From Octopus sinensis (taxonomy: Eukaryota): DNA of 64,000 nucleotides. The notes under the pieces are model-generated. The model did no database searches. It saw only the letters and a list, made by a program, of their open reading frames with translations, and was not told the DNA's origin. Position numbers and translations under genes: made by a program. Positions 51,713 to 64,000 of this stretch are shown here, in pieces. The stretch lies in assembly GCF_006345805.1 (NCBI RefSeq), contig NC_043012.1, positions 48,422,001 through 48,486,000 of the forward strand. Reading direction: 5' to 3'. Position 1 is the stretch's first letter. Each line of letters begins with the position of its first letter.

Positions 51713-51933
51713 TGCGTTGAGTGCTGCAAAGTTCCTGGCTTTGGATAAAAAATACAAGAGGATTAGTTAATTATAATTCTATTCAACATATTCAACTCTC
51801 AGGTTCAAGCACATATTGCAGCGAGCCTTAAGTGTTTCGAAGCCCTGTAAAAGAACTTGGAAGGGGAGGGGGGTCTCCAACCAGGCCTTTCGTGATACCC
51901 TTAAAAACAAGAACTTTTCAGCACCACCTCGTA
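51713..51933. mobile_element. Mariner-type MITE, same family as 19241
   Basis: gtgctgcaaagttcctggcttt ... aagaacttttcagcaccacctcgta; internal sequence homologous to the first copy. Confidence 0.8.
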
Positions 51934-51934
51934 T

Positions 51935-51983
<49 letters not shown>

Positions 51984-52349
51984 GGATATTTTCAGTTACC
52001 AAATTTTTCTCTAGCAAAGACCCACGTAGTGAGATTGAATCCGGAACCATCTAGGTTGGGAACAAAATTCTTACAACACGGTCACACCTGCACCTATGTA
52101 GATGTGTGTCTGTGTAGTTCTACTCAAGTTTGTAGAGATCAAACTGCATTACGAGTAATCTAGTAGTATTCCGGATTGCGTTGGGAAGAGAAATTCAAGA
52201 GGACTAAATTTTAATAGAATAAAGCAACACCAAATCCAGTTATTCATCCGTGAGGTTGAACAAAATGATGTCAATGTTTCGGACAATGTTGTTTACAAAA
52301 AAGTGGAGGTAATTGAGAAACAAAGTTATATGGATGTTAATAAAGCTAC

Positions 52350-52612
52350 GTGGAGGCTTAGTGTTTAGGGTGTCAGCTTCATGATAGTAAGATTGTGGTT
52401 TCGATTCCTGGACCAGGTGACGCGTTGTGTTCTTGAATAAAACACTTCATTTCACGTTGCTCCAGTCCACTCAGCTGGCAAAATTAAGTAACGTTGTGAT
52501 GGACTGGCGTCCCGTTCAGCTAGGGAACACATACGCCATTGAACCCGGGAAACCGGGCCCATGAGCCTGGCTAGGCTTTAAAAGGGCGCATTTATTTTAT
52601 TTATTTTTTTAT
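52350..52612 (+). mobile_element. SINE family D
   Basis: TSD taaagctac at 52341-52349 and 52613-52621. Confidence 0.9.
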
Positions 52613-53949
52613 TAAAGCTACATGGTCGATAATTATTTACAGAAGCGAGTAATATTTTGTAGCTTCTAGTTGAAGTCTAGAGATGGGTAAAGATCGGTCG
52701 GTGGTGCAGGAAAATGGAAACAGAGAGAAAAGCAGTTATAAAATGTGAGCGCGGGTATATATTTGCGAGTGGGTCAGTAGAATGGGCAACAGCAGGCGGT
52801 GGTGAAAAGGTAAGTAGATATAGCAATACTGTGAGATGATGGGTTGAAAAGGTAGATATAGAGATTGATTTTACTTATAAACATTCGCACACACAACAAA
52901 GTGAACTGAAACCAAAAGATTTATGAAGCTTCGTCAAATTTACGATGCCATTTCTGTGACTTATAATCATTATTTAAGCAAGTATTGACTGTAAAGTGTT
53001 AAGTCCCAGAATCGATGCAGTGTAGGTGACAGGGTACGAACCATATACCCTTTGGCTAGTAATTCAATAATTTTATCGACTTAGCCAGCTGTGATTTTCT
53101 AATAAATTATATACTGAACGGAAAATTCAAAACACGTAAATTCGTACAACTACCGAGAGCGTTCTGTTGCTTGCCTTTGGCAAGACTCTTAACTCATCAT
53201 CTATACTGCAAAATTACTTCAGTTCTTGTGGCTATTTTATAAATTAAAAATACAAAAATAGCAAAATAAAATAAAGTAAAATCATTAATCATAGAAAGTA
53301 TTGAATTATCTCGGCTCTCATCAATCTGTGCAAGGATGCAATGAAGCCAGTGAAATACAATAATGATTACAGCGATATTAACTGAATAAATCGAATTATT
53401 TTTCCATTACTTAGCTCTGGTAATTTTCTGACATTTCACACGCGAGTGTTCTGGAAACAATAATGTGTTAACCTTTCCGTTGTTGCTGCATTACTTGGTA
53501 AATACACGCCGTGCTAATGGGATCGTCTTTAATAACGCCTGTGGAGTTTCCAAAGGCACATTTGACCTTTAAAAATAGGTATATTTCGGTAGATATAAAA
53601 TACACTCAAATGCACATAAACACACACATACATATTATACATACATATATACATGTATATATATACATATATATAAATATATATTTATAAGTACAGAGTG
53701 AGAGAAAAAGAGAGAGATGTTTATGTATGCAAATATATACATATATGTATGTGTGCATATATATATATAAGTATATATGTGTATATGTATATGTTAATCT
53801 ATATATGTGTGTATGTGTTTGTGTATGTGTGTGTGAGTACTTTATTAAAAAGCAGCAAAAATATCACAAAAACTGTTACTCAGAGTTTCACGTTCCCGTT
53901 CGTCGGACAGTTTATGTTTAGAATATATATATATATGTTTGTGTGTCTT

Positions 53950-54073
<124 letters not shown>

Positions 54074-54086
54074 TACATATATACAA

Positions 54087-54221
54087 GTGTGTGTGTGTGA
54101 ACTTCTGGCCTCGACATTGCATTCATAACTTATTGGTCAGCTTGAGGTGCTATGTTGTTAGGAAATAAACCTCTTTCCCATATATTAATGATTGTGTATA
54201 CAGACGCCTCCACCAGAACAA
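54087..54221. repeat. Copy 1 of a 135-bp dispersed duplicate (copy 2 at 55227-55361)
   Basis: Offset exactly 1140 bp; two substitutions seen. Confidence 0.9.
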
Positions 54222-54834
54222 ATATGCACATACTAGCGCCTACACACATACTTGCAGAAACACTCACACATGTGCTCACACATATCCAAATACACATGAA
54301 CATATATATGTATAAATTTATGTCAATATTTGTTTGGACGTATTGAACGAAGCTTGCTTTCCAATTGTAATAACTATGGGAAAATCATGAATGTCATAAG
54401 CACCAATCCTATATTTCTTTGACATTAAATTGTGCCGATGAATATAAATCATTTATTGGTAATTAAGATGAATGCCATCCCCCTCACCTATCTTGCAACT
54501 GTAGTTAACATATTCATTGTTCATTGTGTAATTAAGATGTGTATTGCCCCCTACGGCTTGTATTCCAACACGCATCTCTAAAGCAAACAAGAAGCATCTT
54601 TGCGCTCACTCAACCTGGAAGAAATAGTACTCGAGCCTCCCAAAAATCACATATCGTCACCGTATTAAATAAGGTAAGCTTTCTTAAAATAATGCAGTTC
54701 TTCTTGCATATACACATATGTAAACGGAATATTCTTAGTTGTGATGTTTTTACATGAGATCGTACAGAACTGAGCATGGTGCTAAAAATTTCAACAGCAA
54801 CAACAGGCTTGAATATTACGTTTTATACATGTGG

Positions 54835-55020
54835 AAGTGCATGGTTTAGTAGTTGTGGTGTTGGACTCATGATCGTAAGATTGCGGTTTCGATTTCTGGA
54901 CTAGGCGCTGCGCTGTTTTCTTGAGCACAACAATTCATTTCGTGTTACTCCAAACTACTTAGTTGGCAAAATTGAATAATCTGCGAAATATATGCTCCAC
55001 GGAAACCGGCCTTATGAGGC
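54835..55020 (+). mobile_element. SINE family D, diverged and internally deleted
   Basis: gtggaagtgcatggtttagtag head; ggaaaccggccttatgag tail. Confidence 0.7.
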
Positions 55021-55167
55021 TATACGAGTAAAGAAAGATCACTATCCCCTCTATTTCTCTCCCCCCTCTCTCTCTCTTCTCCCTCTCTCTTCTTCTCCCT
55101 GTCACATATAGACTTACATATGCATACACAAGCGCATGCGTAGGTCTCTCTCTCTCTCTCTCTCTCT

Positions 55168-55211
<44 letters not shown>

Positions 55212-55375
55212 TACATATATACATGTGTGTGTGTGTGTGAACTTCTGGCCTCGACATTGCACTCATAACTTATTGGTCAGCTTGAGGTGCTATGTTGTTA
55301 GGAAATAAACCTCTTTCTCATATATTAATGATTGTGTATACAGACGCCTCCACCAGAACAAGGTAAAATACACTC

Positions 55376-55435
<60 letters not shown>

Positions 55436-55436
55436 C

Positions 55437-55510
<74 letters not shown>

Positions 55511-55789
55511 ATTTAAAGGGCTAAAGAACCACTAGAATTTGATCACCTATGATCAAACGACAAAGAAAAGAATGTTCTCTTGAGAAAAATTCAGCGGACA
55601 CCAGAACAATATGCGGGCAAGACATGAAATTTATATAAAAAACAAGAATTTTATATATATATATATGAGTGGCAAGTTTGATTATCTATTGGCGCATTTC
55701 CAACAGAATGATTTATACACATAAGCACACCAATATATACTTATTTGTGTATGTGTATACACATATGTACGAATATACATTCATACAAA

Positions 55790-56480
55790 CAGACCAATTG
55801 AACTTCCACTACATCCGGTTGTCCAATTTCAACATATTACCCGCCTCCCGTTTCGAATTTCCTTAAGGCTTCTTATTCCGTTATTTTGTGGGACGCCATT
55901 TTACTTCTCTGGCTCGGTTCTTAGTTGCGTATAATTCTATCAGTCTTTCTTGTCCTCGTCAATAAGTATATCGTTCTTTTTTTCATTTTCTCAGTTTTAC
56001 AAATCTTTCGCTGGCATTTCTATTTTGTTGCATAAAAACGTAAGGATAATCTATAAAATAAATCTCATCCTAATTCGCAATATATAAAAGAAGTTAATAA
56101 AACTAGACTATCGTTCGCAATGAAAATAACATAGCATATGTGCATGCTGCTGTGAGGGGAAATCGTCGAATCGCCAGCCGTGAGTTATCAGAGGATCTGC
56201 TGGTTAGTTACAGTTCAGACGCGTTTCTGCCGAGTTTGTGTCAAAACTGCTTTCAGCTGACCAAAAAGACACTCAGTTGCACAAGATCTCCTTGATTGTG
56301 TTGAGAACGATGGGAACGTTTTCTAAACTTTGCGTAGGCCTCTGAGCAGGAATCGCCAAGCGGAAGGGAGCTGGAACGTTGAAACTGAGTGCACATGCGC
56401 AGCAAAGTTCAAGTTCAATCTGCGCCAAGCAGCTTTACTCTGCGTGCTTTAGCTTTGTTACTATGGCAACAGTCCAGATA
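55790..56480. promoter_or_regulatory. CpG-rich promoter-like island
   Basis: GC-box cccgcctccc at 55840; YY1 cgccatttt at 55894; ETS-like cggaag at 56361; NRF1-like tgcacatgcgca at 56390-56401; RFX X-box GTTACTATGGCAAC at 56457-56470; strong donor gcc|gtgagt at 56180; no recognisable repeat. Confidence 0.55.
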
Positions 56481-56876
56481 CTTATAAATCAGATTACGTA
56501 CGCACACACACAGACACACATATTTGTATATATATATATATATATATATATCAACACGCTTCAGTCAACCGTTGCATCTGACTTGGTATGCGAGTGATTG
56601 CTGCTTCTCATAGACAAGATTATGCTTACACAAATACAAACATAAACATATACGTGTCTGGTCGTCTTGCAGAATACCAGAATATTGAGAGCATTTCGCC
56701 AATGAGGTTCTGTTGGTTACTACTCTAGTTTTTTTTTTCTTTCTTTCTTTTGCATCACTTCTTTTAGTTTCAAATGTTGTTGTCTTCTTATTCGTGGACC
56801 CGTATCACAGAAATTTACATCTCGTTAATGGATGCATGATCCCATTTCGATTCTCACGCAGTCACAAACCTACACT

Positions 56877-56932
<56 letters not shown>

Positions 56933-58142
56933 CACACATAAAGACACACACACACGCACGCACACCCACCACACACACACACGCACATACACACACACAT
57001 ATGTATATATATATATATATATATATATGCGAGATATATACGAGTATAGGTAATAGAAATTGATGGATATGTGGCTCTTGAAATATCTGTTAATATATAT
57101 TTGCAGCTGAATAGAAATTAAAATTAAGACACATCAATGAATTACTTTCTGTACATGTCAACTTTCATCCACATAATCTTTTCAAGAAAGCACGAATTAA
57201 ATGATTAAAAAAAAATTAATGACTCTCTCCAGAGTCTGAAAATGACTGTTCTGCAATTTCTTGCTCAACAACTTGCAGAGATGATTTGTTTATAATTATC
57301 AAACGTTTGTGCTGCACATTAGCTCACACTCCACTTCCCATCAAATCGACATTGCTAGTATAGGCGGGCGGTGTGACACATGTCAGGTATCTAAGTGATT
57401 GCAGAACAATGTAAGATCTCGGAATCGAAATCATGATCACGTGATCGCAAGTGAGACGTCCTAACTACCAAGCCACGTATCTACACGATGATCTTTTTTT
57501 AAAAAAAATTCATGTTAGACCCGCATGAATTTAGACAATGTTTAAGCAGTAATTAAAGTCAGTTATGCGTTAATTGACGTAGGTGCGAGTGAGGCTTGTT
57601 CTATGTGAAATACACTCAACACTTTAAGCAGAATTGTAACCCATTTCGAAGATCGCTAAGCAAGTGAGATGCGACAAACTTTTATTTGAACGTATTCTTT
57701 AGTTGCATTTCCCCATCCTGTACATTTTTTTTTCAATTGTCATATGTAGACGGACGAATATTAGAATCTCTCTAAATTCACGTCTTTATTAAATTAGAAG
57801 CCAACATCTTATTAACGTATTCTTGCGTTAAATATAGACTTGTAATTATGTTTCAGCATCTGATGGGAGAAAAAAATTTGCTTACTTTGTCGTGCCATTC
57901 AGATTTCATTAAAATGTCATTTGTCCAGTCTGCCATCTTTTACATTCAGCAGTCAAACTCCATATGCAACTAACAGTGATTTAAGTTATATCTAATCCTG
58001 AGTAAACACACAAAAGCATGCACAGTCATTAACATATCAAGAACATATTTAAACATACACAGTATACAATTTTTTGCGAAAACGGTTTCACATTCTGCTA
58101 TATAACACAAATGTATTTTCCAGATTTGTTACAAAAGAATTT

Positions 58143-58438
58143 AGTGGAAGCACATGGCCTAGTGGTTAGAGCAGCGGACTGGCGATCGAGGGATCGCGAG
58201 TTCGAATCTCAGACCGGGCGATGTGTGTGTTTATGAGCGAAACACCTAAGCTCCACACGGCTCGGCAGAAGGTAATGGCGAACTTCTGCTGATTCTTTCG
58301 CCACAACTTTCTCTCACTCTTTCCTCTTACAGCTCACCTGCGACGGACCGGACCGGCGACCCATCCAGGTGGGGAACCTATACGCCAAGGAAACCGGGAA
58401 ACCGGCCCTTATGAGCCAGGCATGGCTCGAAAAAAGGA
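58143..58438 (+). mobile_element. SINE family C variant
   Basis: 12-bp TSD acaaaagaattt at 58131-58142 and 58439-58450. Confidence 0.92.
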
Positions 58439-58890
58439 ACAAAAGAATTTCGTCCGCTTTGATCTATACGTCATCGCCTGAATGAAATAATGTGAGATGG
58501 AGTACATCTCGGTGATCTCATCTGAACATCTGAATTATTTTCCATTGTAAACCCTTTTAGTACCCAAAATTCTTAGTAAAGATGATGTAGGCACATTGAG
58601 GTAAAATCCAAGCCATATCTTTACACAAAATAATCCAATGTAAATTGCATTAGAAGATGACTTAATAATGACTTGCAATTCTTGTGGATGAAGGCACTGT
58701 TTTTAGATGTGTTATAATTGTAAACGTATGATATTTTCATGGCTTTACTTGATTTGTTGAAATGAAGGTTAATGCCACCAAATAATGACCCATTCTCGAA
58801 CTTATACTTTATAGGATAATTCACACAGTTTCTTTTCAACAGTGAGGAATCCATTTTCACAGAAAACCATTCCCGAACTTCTTTCTCACT

Positions 58891-58953
<63 letters not shown>

Positions 58954-58964
58954 ATATGAGTGTG

Positions 58965-59390
58965 TGTCAGCAATTTCAGGGAAGTGGTAAGTCAATTACA
59001 TCGACCTCAGTGTTCAGATGGTCCTTTTCTTATTGACCCAGATAGAATGAAAGGCAGAGTCGACCTCTCTTGACAACCTAAGGACAGACGAATTGCTGCT
59101 AAACATTTTGCGCGGCGAACTAACAATTATTTTTTTATTGCCAACAAGGGGCTAAACATAGAGACAACAAACAAGGACAAGCAAAGGGATTAAGTCGATT
59201 ACATCGACCCCAGTGCGTAACTGGTACTTAATTTATCGACCCCGAGAGGATGAAAGGCAAAGTCGACCTCGGCGGAATTTGAACTCAGAACGTAAAGGCA
59301 GACGAAATACCACTAAGCATTTCGCCCGGTGTGCTAGTATTTACGTTTCTGCCAGCTGGTGTACTAACAATTCTGCCAGCTCACTCGTCA
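58965..59390 (-). mobile_element. Two tandem SINE family A copies (one old, one younger)
   Basis: Diverged copy at about 58965-59120; intact copy at about 59125-59360, with a duplicated head fragment extending to 59385. Confidence 0.8.
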
Positions 59391-60030
59391 GGCATCTGGA
59401 GATAGATCAACAGCAGATGAGACGAATTCAAGAAGTCTTGCGTATGTCAAGCCACTTTTGGTCGACTCAGCTCAGGCGGTAGTATTGGTCTTAGAAAATC
59501 AGAAACCATATTTAAGGGAGTATTATTGAGAGTATGGATGATGCAATCACTGTTGGACAGGCACTTGTTTACATATTCAGTCTTGGCCTCATTGAGGTAA
59601 AGACCTGCACAATTTGGGGCTTGTTCGAGAGATTGTAAAAGAGACTGCGCATTGGAGAGAGAATCACTGATAAGAGCGATGTCGTCAGCAAAGTCAGTGT
59701 CTGTCAAGTATTCTCTCGTGGAAGCGTCATCCAACCAAAATGCAAATATATGGGAAACTACCACCTGTGTCATCTCTTGTGAAATGTAGGAGAGTCCAGT
59801 TTGCTGGACATTGTTGTAGAGCTGAAAACGAGGCAATTTCTACTCTTCTCCTCTGGAAGTCATCTACTCGCGATACCAGAGGGCGCACACTCTCCTACCC
59901 TGATGTAATCTCCAGGGATACAGGCATCCAGCAACAGGACCTCCGTAATGCTATTATGGACCGTGAAGTCTGGCGTAGCATGGTAAATTCCATTGTCTCG
60001 ACCACCGTTGAACAATGATGATGATGATTA
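59390..60030. mobile_element. RTE-clade LINE fragment with 5' inversion
   Basis: Minus strand 59730-59500 reads EYLTDTDFADDIALIS..GLYLNEAKTEY; plus strand 59728-60018 reads HPTKMQIYG..QFAGHC..MDREVWRS* followed by a (tga)n tail. Confidence 0.88.
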
Positions 60031-60848
60031 TTGATCTGGAATCTATATCAGTTATATACTCTGTGCTTAGGTTCACATGGACGGTCAGGATTTAATATAG
60101 TAGCGTTAAATAGCATAAACCTGATTTAAACTATTACTAAATACCATATATAACTCCTACCAAATGTAATGCGTGTCACTTTCTTTCGTGGGTCCACATA
60201 GTCGTATTCACGCACACAAATACACATATACGCACACAAACACACACATGCTCACACACGTGCATGCATGTATATATGTGAATAATATATATATTATGTA
60301 TTGGCTGTTCTGTCGTCTTTGTGGAACATTTAAAGAATTTCTGGGATTTCTGCAATTGTTACTCGAACTCTTTAAGCAACTTGAGTAGAGAACAGTAGAA
60401 ACGTAGATCAACAATTGTTATATCATTAATAATCTCCTCTCTCCCTCTCTCTCTCTCTCTCTTTCTCCCTCTCTCTCTCTCTATCTATCTATCTCTATTT
60501 CTCATAGCTATGATCACCTCCAATCTATGTCTCTTTCTTCTTCCATGTTTCTCATTCTCCATCGCTATTTCTCGTTGATCTTTCGTTTTTGTATTCCCTT
60601 ACATTGTAAACTGTCTCTCTCACTCTCGTCTTCAATTTGCTTTTTTTAAAATATGAGGAAAAATCCTTGAATATTTTAACTTAGCTACTTCATATTTCAA
60701 GTTAGGCGTTATACATATGCAACGCCCATTGTCATTGTAAATGAAAAGAAGTTTCCTTAGCTGTTCGGTTTTTGTTTTATTTCTCAATGAAAAATATAAG
60801 ATAGCTCACATTTTACACACAGACTCACACACACATACACACACACGC

Positions 60849-60849
<1 letters not shown>

Positions 60850-60935
<86 letters not shown>

Positions 60936-61222
60936 CAGTAAGAGAGAGAGGGGGCAAGAGAGGGAGACATAGATAGATACAGATATAGATTGGTATATGG
61001 ATAGCTAAACAGACACACAAACACACAGCTAGATAGAGAGAGATAAAGAGAGATAGAGAGATGATATAGATAGATAGGGAGAGATGTATAAATAGACATA
61101 AAAAGATGGATAGAGACAGGCAGGCAAACAGACTGACAGACAGTCAGGCAGGCATGCAGATAGACAAACAGACAGACAGACAGACGGACAGACGGACAGA
61201 CGGACAGACGGATGGACGGATG

Positions 61223-61280
<58 letters not shown>

Positions 61281-61324
61281 GAAACAGACAGACAGACAGA
61301 CAGATAGGTAGTTAGATAGATAGT

Positions 61325-61396
<72 letters not shown>

Positions 61397-61420
61397 TAGA
61401 TAGATAGATAGATAGATTGC
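60850..61420. repeat. (AGAT)n/(AGAC)n tetranucleotide field
   Basis: Directly visible. Confidence 0.95.
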
Positions 61421-62035
61421 GTAGTACCATGAATAACAGACAAAAGTTTCTCAACGCTAGTTGGCTCATGTAACTCTATCAACCTACCTATATCCCACAC
61501 AAACCTAATCCTAACATATCAGTGTAGATTCGAATTATGCTCAGTCACAATTGTCTCTTAATAAATGTTTCTTAAACCAAAATGCTGGAATATAATACTG
61601 GGCAAACCAGTGTTTTACATTTGTTTTTCTTTGCCTTATTTTACTTCTAACCTTCTTTGATGCGGCTTTCTCAAACACTTAATTATATATATATATATAT
61701 ATATATACATAAAAGTATACTTGTTTATGCGTATACCTACATTGCTACATACATATATACATATAGACATATATATATATGTATATATATATATATAAAT
61801 TAATAAATAAAATATATGCATACATACATATATGTACGTACCTACATCTACATGTATATATACATGCATATATAAATATATATATGTTAGTACAGGACAC
61901 CACCAATAGACGTAGAACTCAACGAGAAACGAAAACGTAAAAAAAAACATGGAAACGGACTTTTTTTAACAACGAAAAAACAGAGTACAAGACAAACAAT
62001 ATATGTATATATATATATATATGTATATATATATG

Positions 62036-62066
<31 letters not shown>

Positions 62067-62122
62067 GTATGTATATATAATGTGTGTACATATGTATATA
62101 CATATATATGTATATATATACA

Positions 62123-62228
<106 letters not shown>

Positions 62229-63460
62229 CATGCTGGTGTAAAAATTGCGTCGCATTTATAATTTATCGATTCGATAAACTGAGCTGTAATAAAATAAGAA
62301 CCGGAGTGAATTAATTATTGGGATCGATAAGATTGAGTGAAACCCCTTGAAGGCGTTATTTCAGTGATGTTTGAAACCATTGAAAAGAAACGAATGAAAG
62401 AATATAAATATGTCCAGTGTCGAAACACAGGACAATCTATGACATTGTTTTACTACGCCACGACACAATCTGACAACGATTCTGGCCATAACACTAAGCA
62501 TCAATGACTGCAAGTTGAAACAACATGTAAACATATCAATTGTGTTCAAAGATCAAAGACTTGTTCAGATATATGTAATTAGTATTTTATTATTTAATTA
62601 TTTAAATGAAAGGATTGATGAAAGAATGAGAAATGAAAGATCACATGATAATAGGGAATTGTGATAAAGACGTAACAGCTTTCAGTAATAGAAACATCCA
62701 GTTGATAATGAAGAGAGGAAAGGGGGGGAATGAGGAGATAAAAGAGATAAGAATGATGTGATAAGAGAGATAACATAGAGTTTGATGTAGAGATGAAAAG
62801 GATGAGAGTGACGAGATATTAACAGATATAATATAGAGATTGGTGGAGAGATGAAAGAACGATCAAGAAATAAGATATGAAGAGATGAATGAAAGATGAA
62901 GATATAATTATATTCGATATTAGTGTGTCTGACACCACTAACATCATAGACCAATGAAAGCATGTCATCAATATACAACTTATATGGACATCGTTAGCTT
63001 TCTTCATATAGTTATTTGGTAGTTAGACTTACCCAACGGCACTTAACAATTCCAAAGTAGTTTTGGCATGAGGGAACTACACTGTTATTAACGTAGATTA
63101 ATGTAACTCAGTGCTATAAACATGCGTGAATATACTAGAGTGTCATAAACATACCTCAATGAGATGTGATTGGTCTAGTCACGAATAATCTAGAAGCAAA
63201 TCTCAGATGTAACACAATCCCATCAACATGAACGATCGTACCATAACGTTATTAACATTTATAAATGATTCGCAGTGTTTTTAACATATATAGATGTGCC
63301 ACAATCCTCTAAGCATATACAAGTATACTATTGGGTTATTTACATGTATACATCTACTGCTTTTCAAAATATAGAACTGTATCACGATGCTATTAATTAT
63401 ACATACATATGCGTTATCTTGTCGCTCTTTCTGAGTTACATATATATATATATATATATA

Positions 63461-63649
63461 GTCAGACGCCATGATAGATCGTTAGCCACTACACACATTT
63501 GTTTTCTCTCCTTGTTTTCTGTGTCCCTTTCTGTAGAAGAGCGTAGGCTCGAAACGTAAAAGACTTTTTCTGTTCTTGAGCGTTATACTAATACATGTTT
63601 GTTTTGTACACCACCCGTCTTCGTCTTTTGTTTTTTTTTCCGTAAATCT

Positions 63650-63652
<3 letters not shown>
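63461..63652 (+). mobile_element. 190-bp hammerhead-bearing element between (TA)n runs
   Basis: Unique sequence bounded by TA microsatellites, containing the hammerhead at 63527-63562. Confidence 0.6.
63527..63562 (+). ncRNA. Minimal type I hammerhead (A6U core variant, zero-loop helix III)
   Basis: cttt-CTGTAGA-A-GAGC(gtag)GCTC-GAAAC-GTA-aaag: stem I 4 bp, perfect stem II, GUA cleavage triplet. Confidence 0.7.
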
Positions 63653-63718
<66 letters not shown>

Positions 63719-64000
63719 GCTGTGTTGAGACGCTCATCCCATAACTACACTTACTCATCCCATAACTACACTTTTATAATTAATTAATTAATTAATTAAT
63801 TAATTAATTAATTTGCTTGTTTCCTCCCGATATAAACCAAAAACAAGGTCTAGAAGGTGTGCAATGTGACAGCACCTCTTTAATGCATAACTTATGAAGT
63901 GCCTCTCTAATGTCTAAAACCGCAAACATTACGTACATTTTCAATTTTTGCGTAAACTGGTGCTGCAAATAGAGTTGGCACAGAAACAGCTGTATCGAAT

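Noticed and set aside
55870-55902. Minus-strand aaaATGGCG as a start codon
   Set aside because: In-frame stop after eight codons; treated as a YY1-type motif instead.

Overview
This is AT-rich, microsatellite-saturated eukaryotic DNA. The SINE families resemble, from my recollection, those of octopus (inference, not a database result). I cannot support any intact host protein-coding gene: the long ORFs in the track are microsatellite read-through or transposon relics. Retroelements: a CR1/L2-group LINE (6.1-9.2 kb), a Dong/R4-type RLE LINE in (AAT)n, two RTE fragments (one 5'-inverted), Penelope-like (PLE) relics and about 25 tRNA-headed SINE copies from at least five families, many with target-site duplications (TSDs). 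DNA transposons: a full-length but dead IR/DR Tc1, two maT-type mariner relics, two MITEs and hAT relics. A CpG-rich promoter-like island with RFX, NRF1-like and YY1 motifs lies at 55.8-56.5 kb. The most interesting signal is four sequence-unrelated type I hammerhead-ribozyme motifs. One has an intact core within a 173-nt tandem unit, next to a perfect 130-bp palindrome (retrozyme/circRNA-like). One lies downstream of a tRNA-like head in an element with inverted tails (a possible PLE-dependent SINE). One is a minimal A6U variant and one is a relic.
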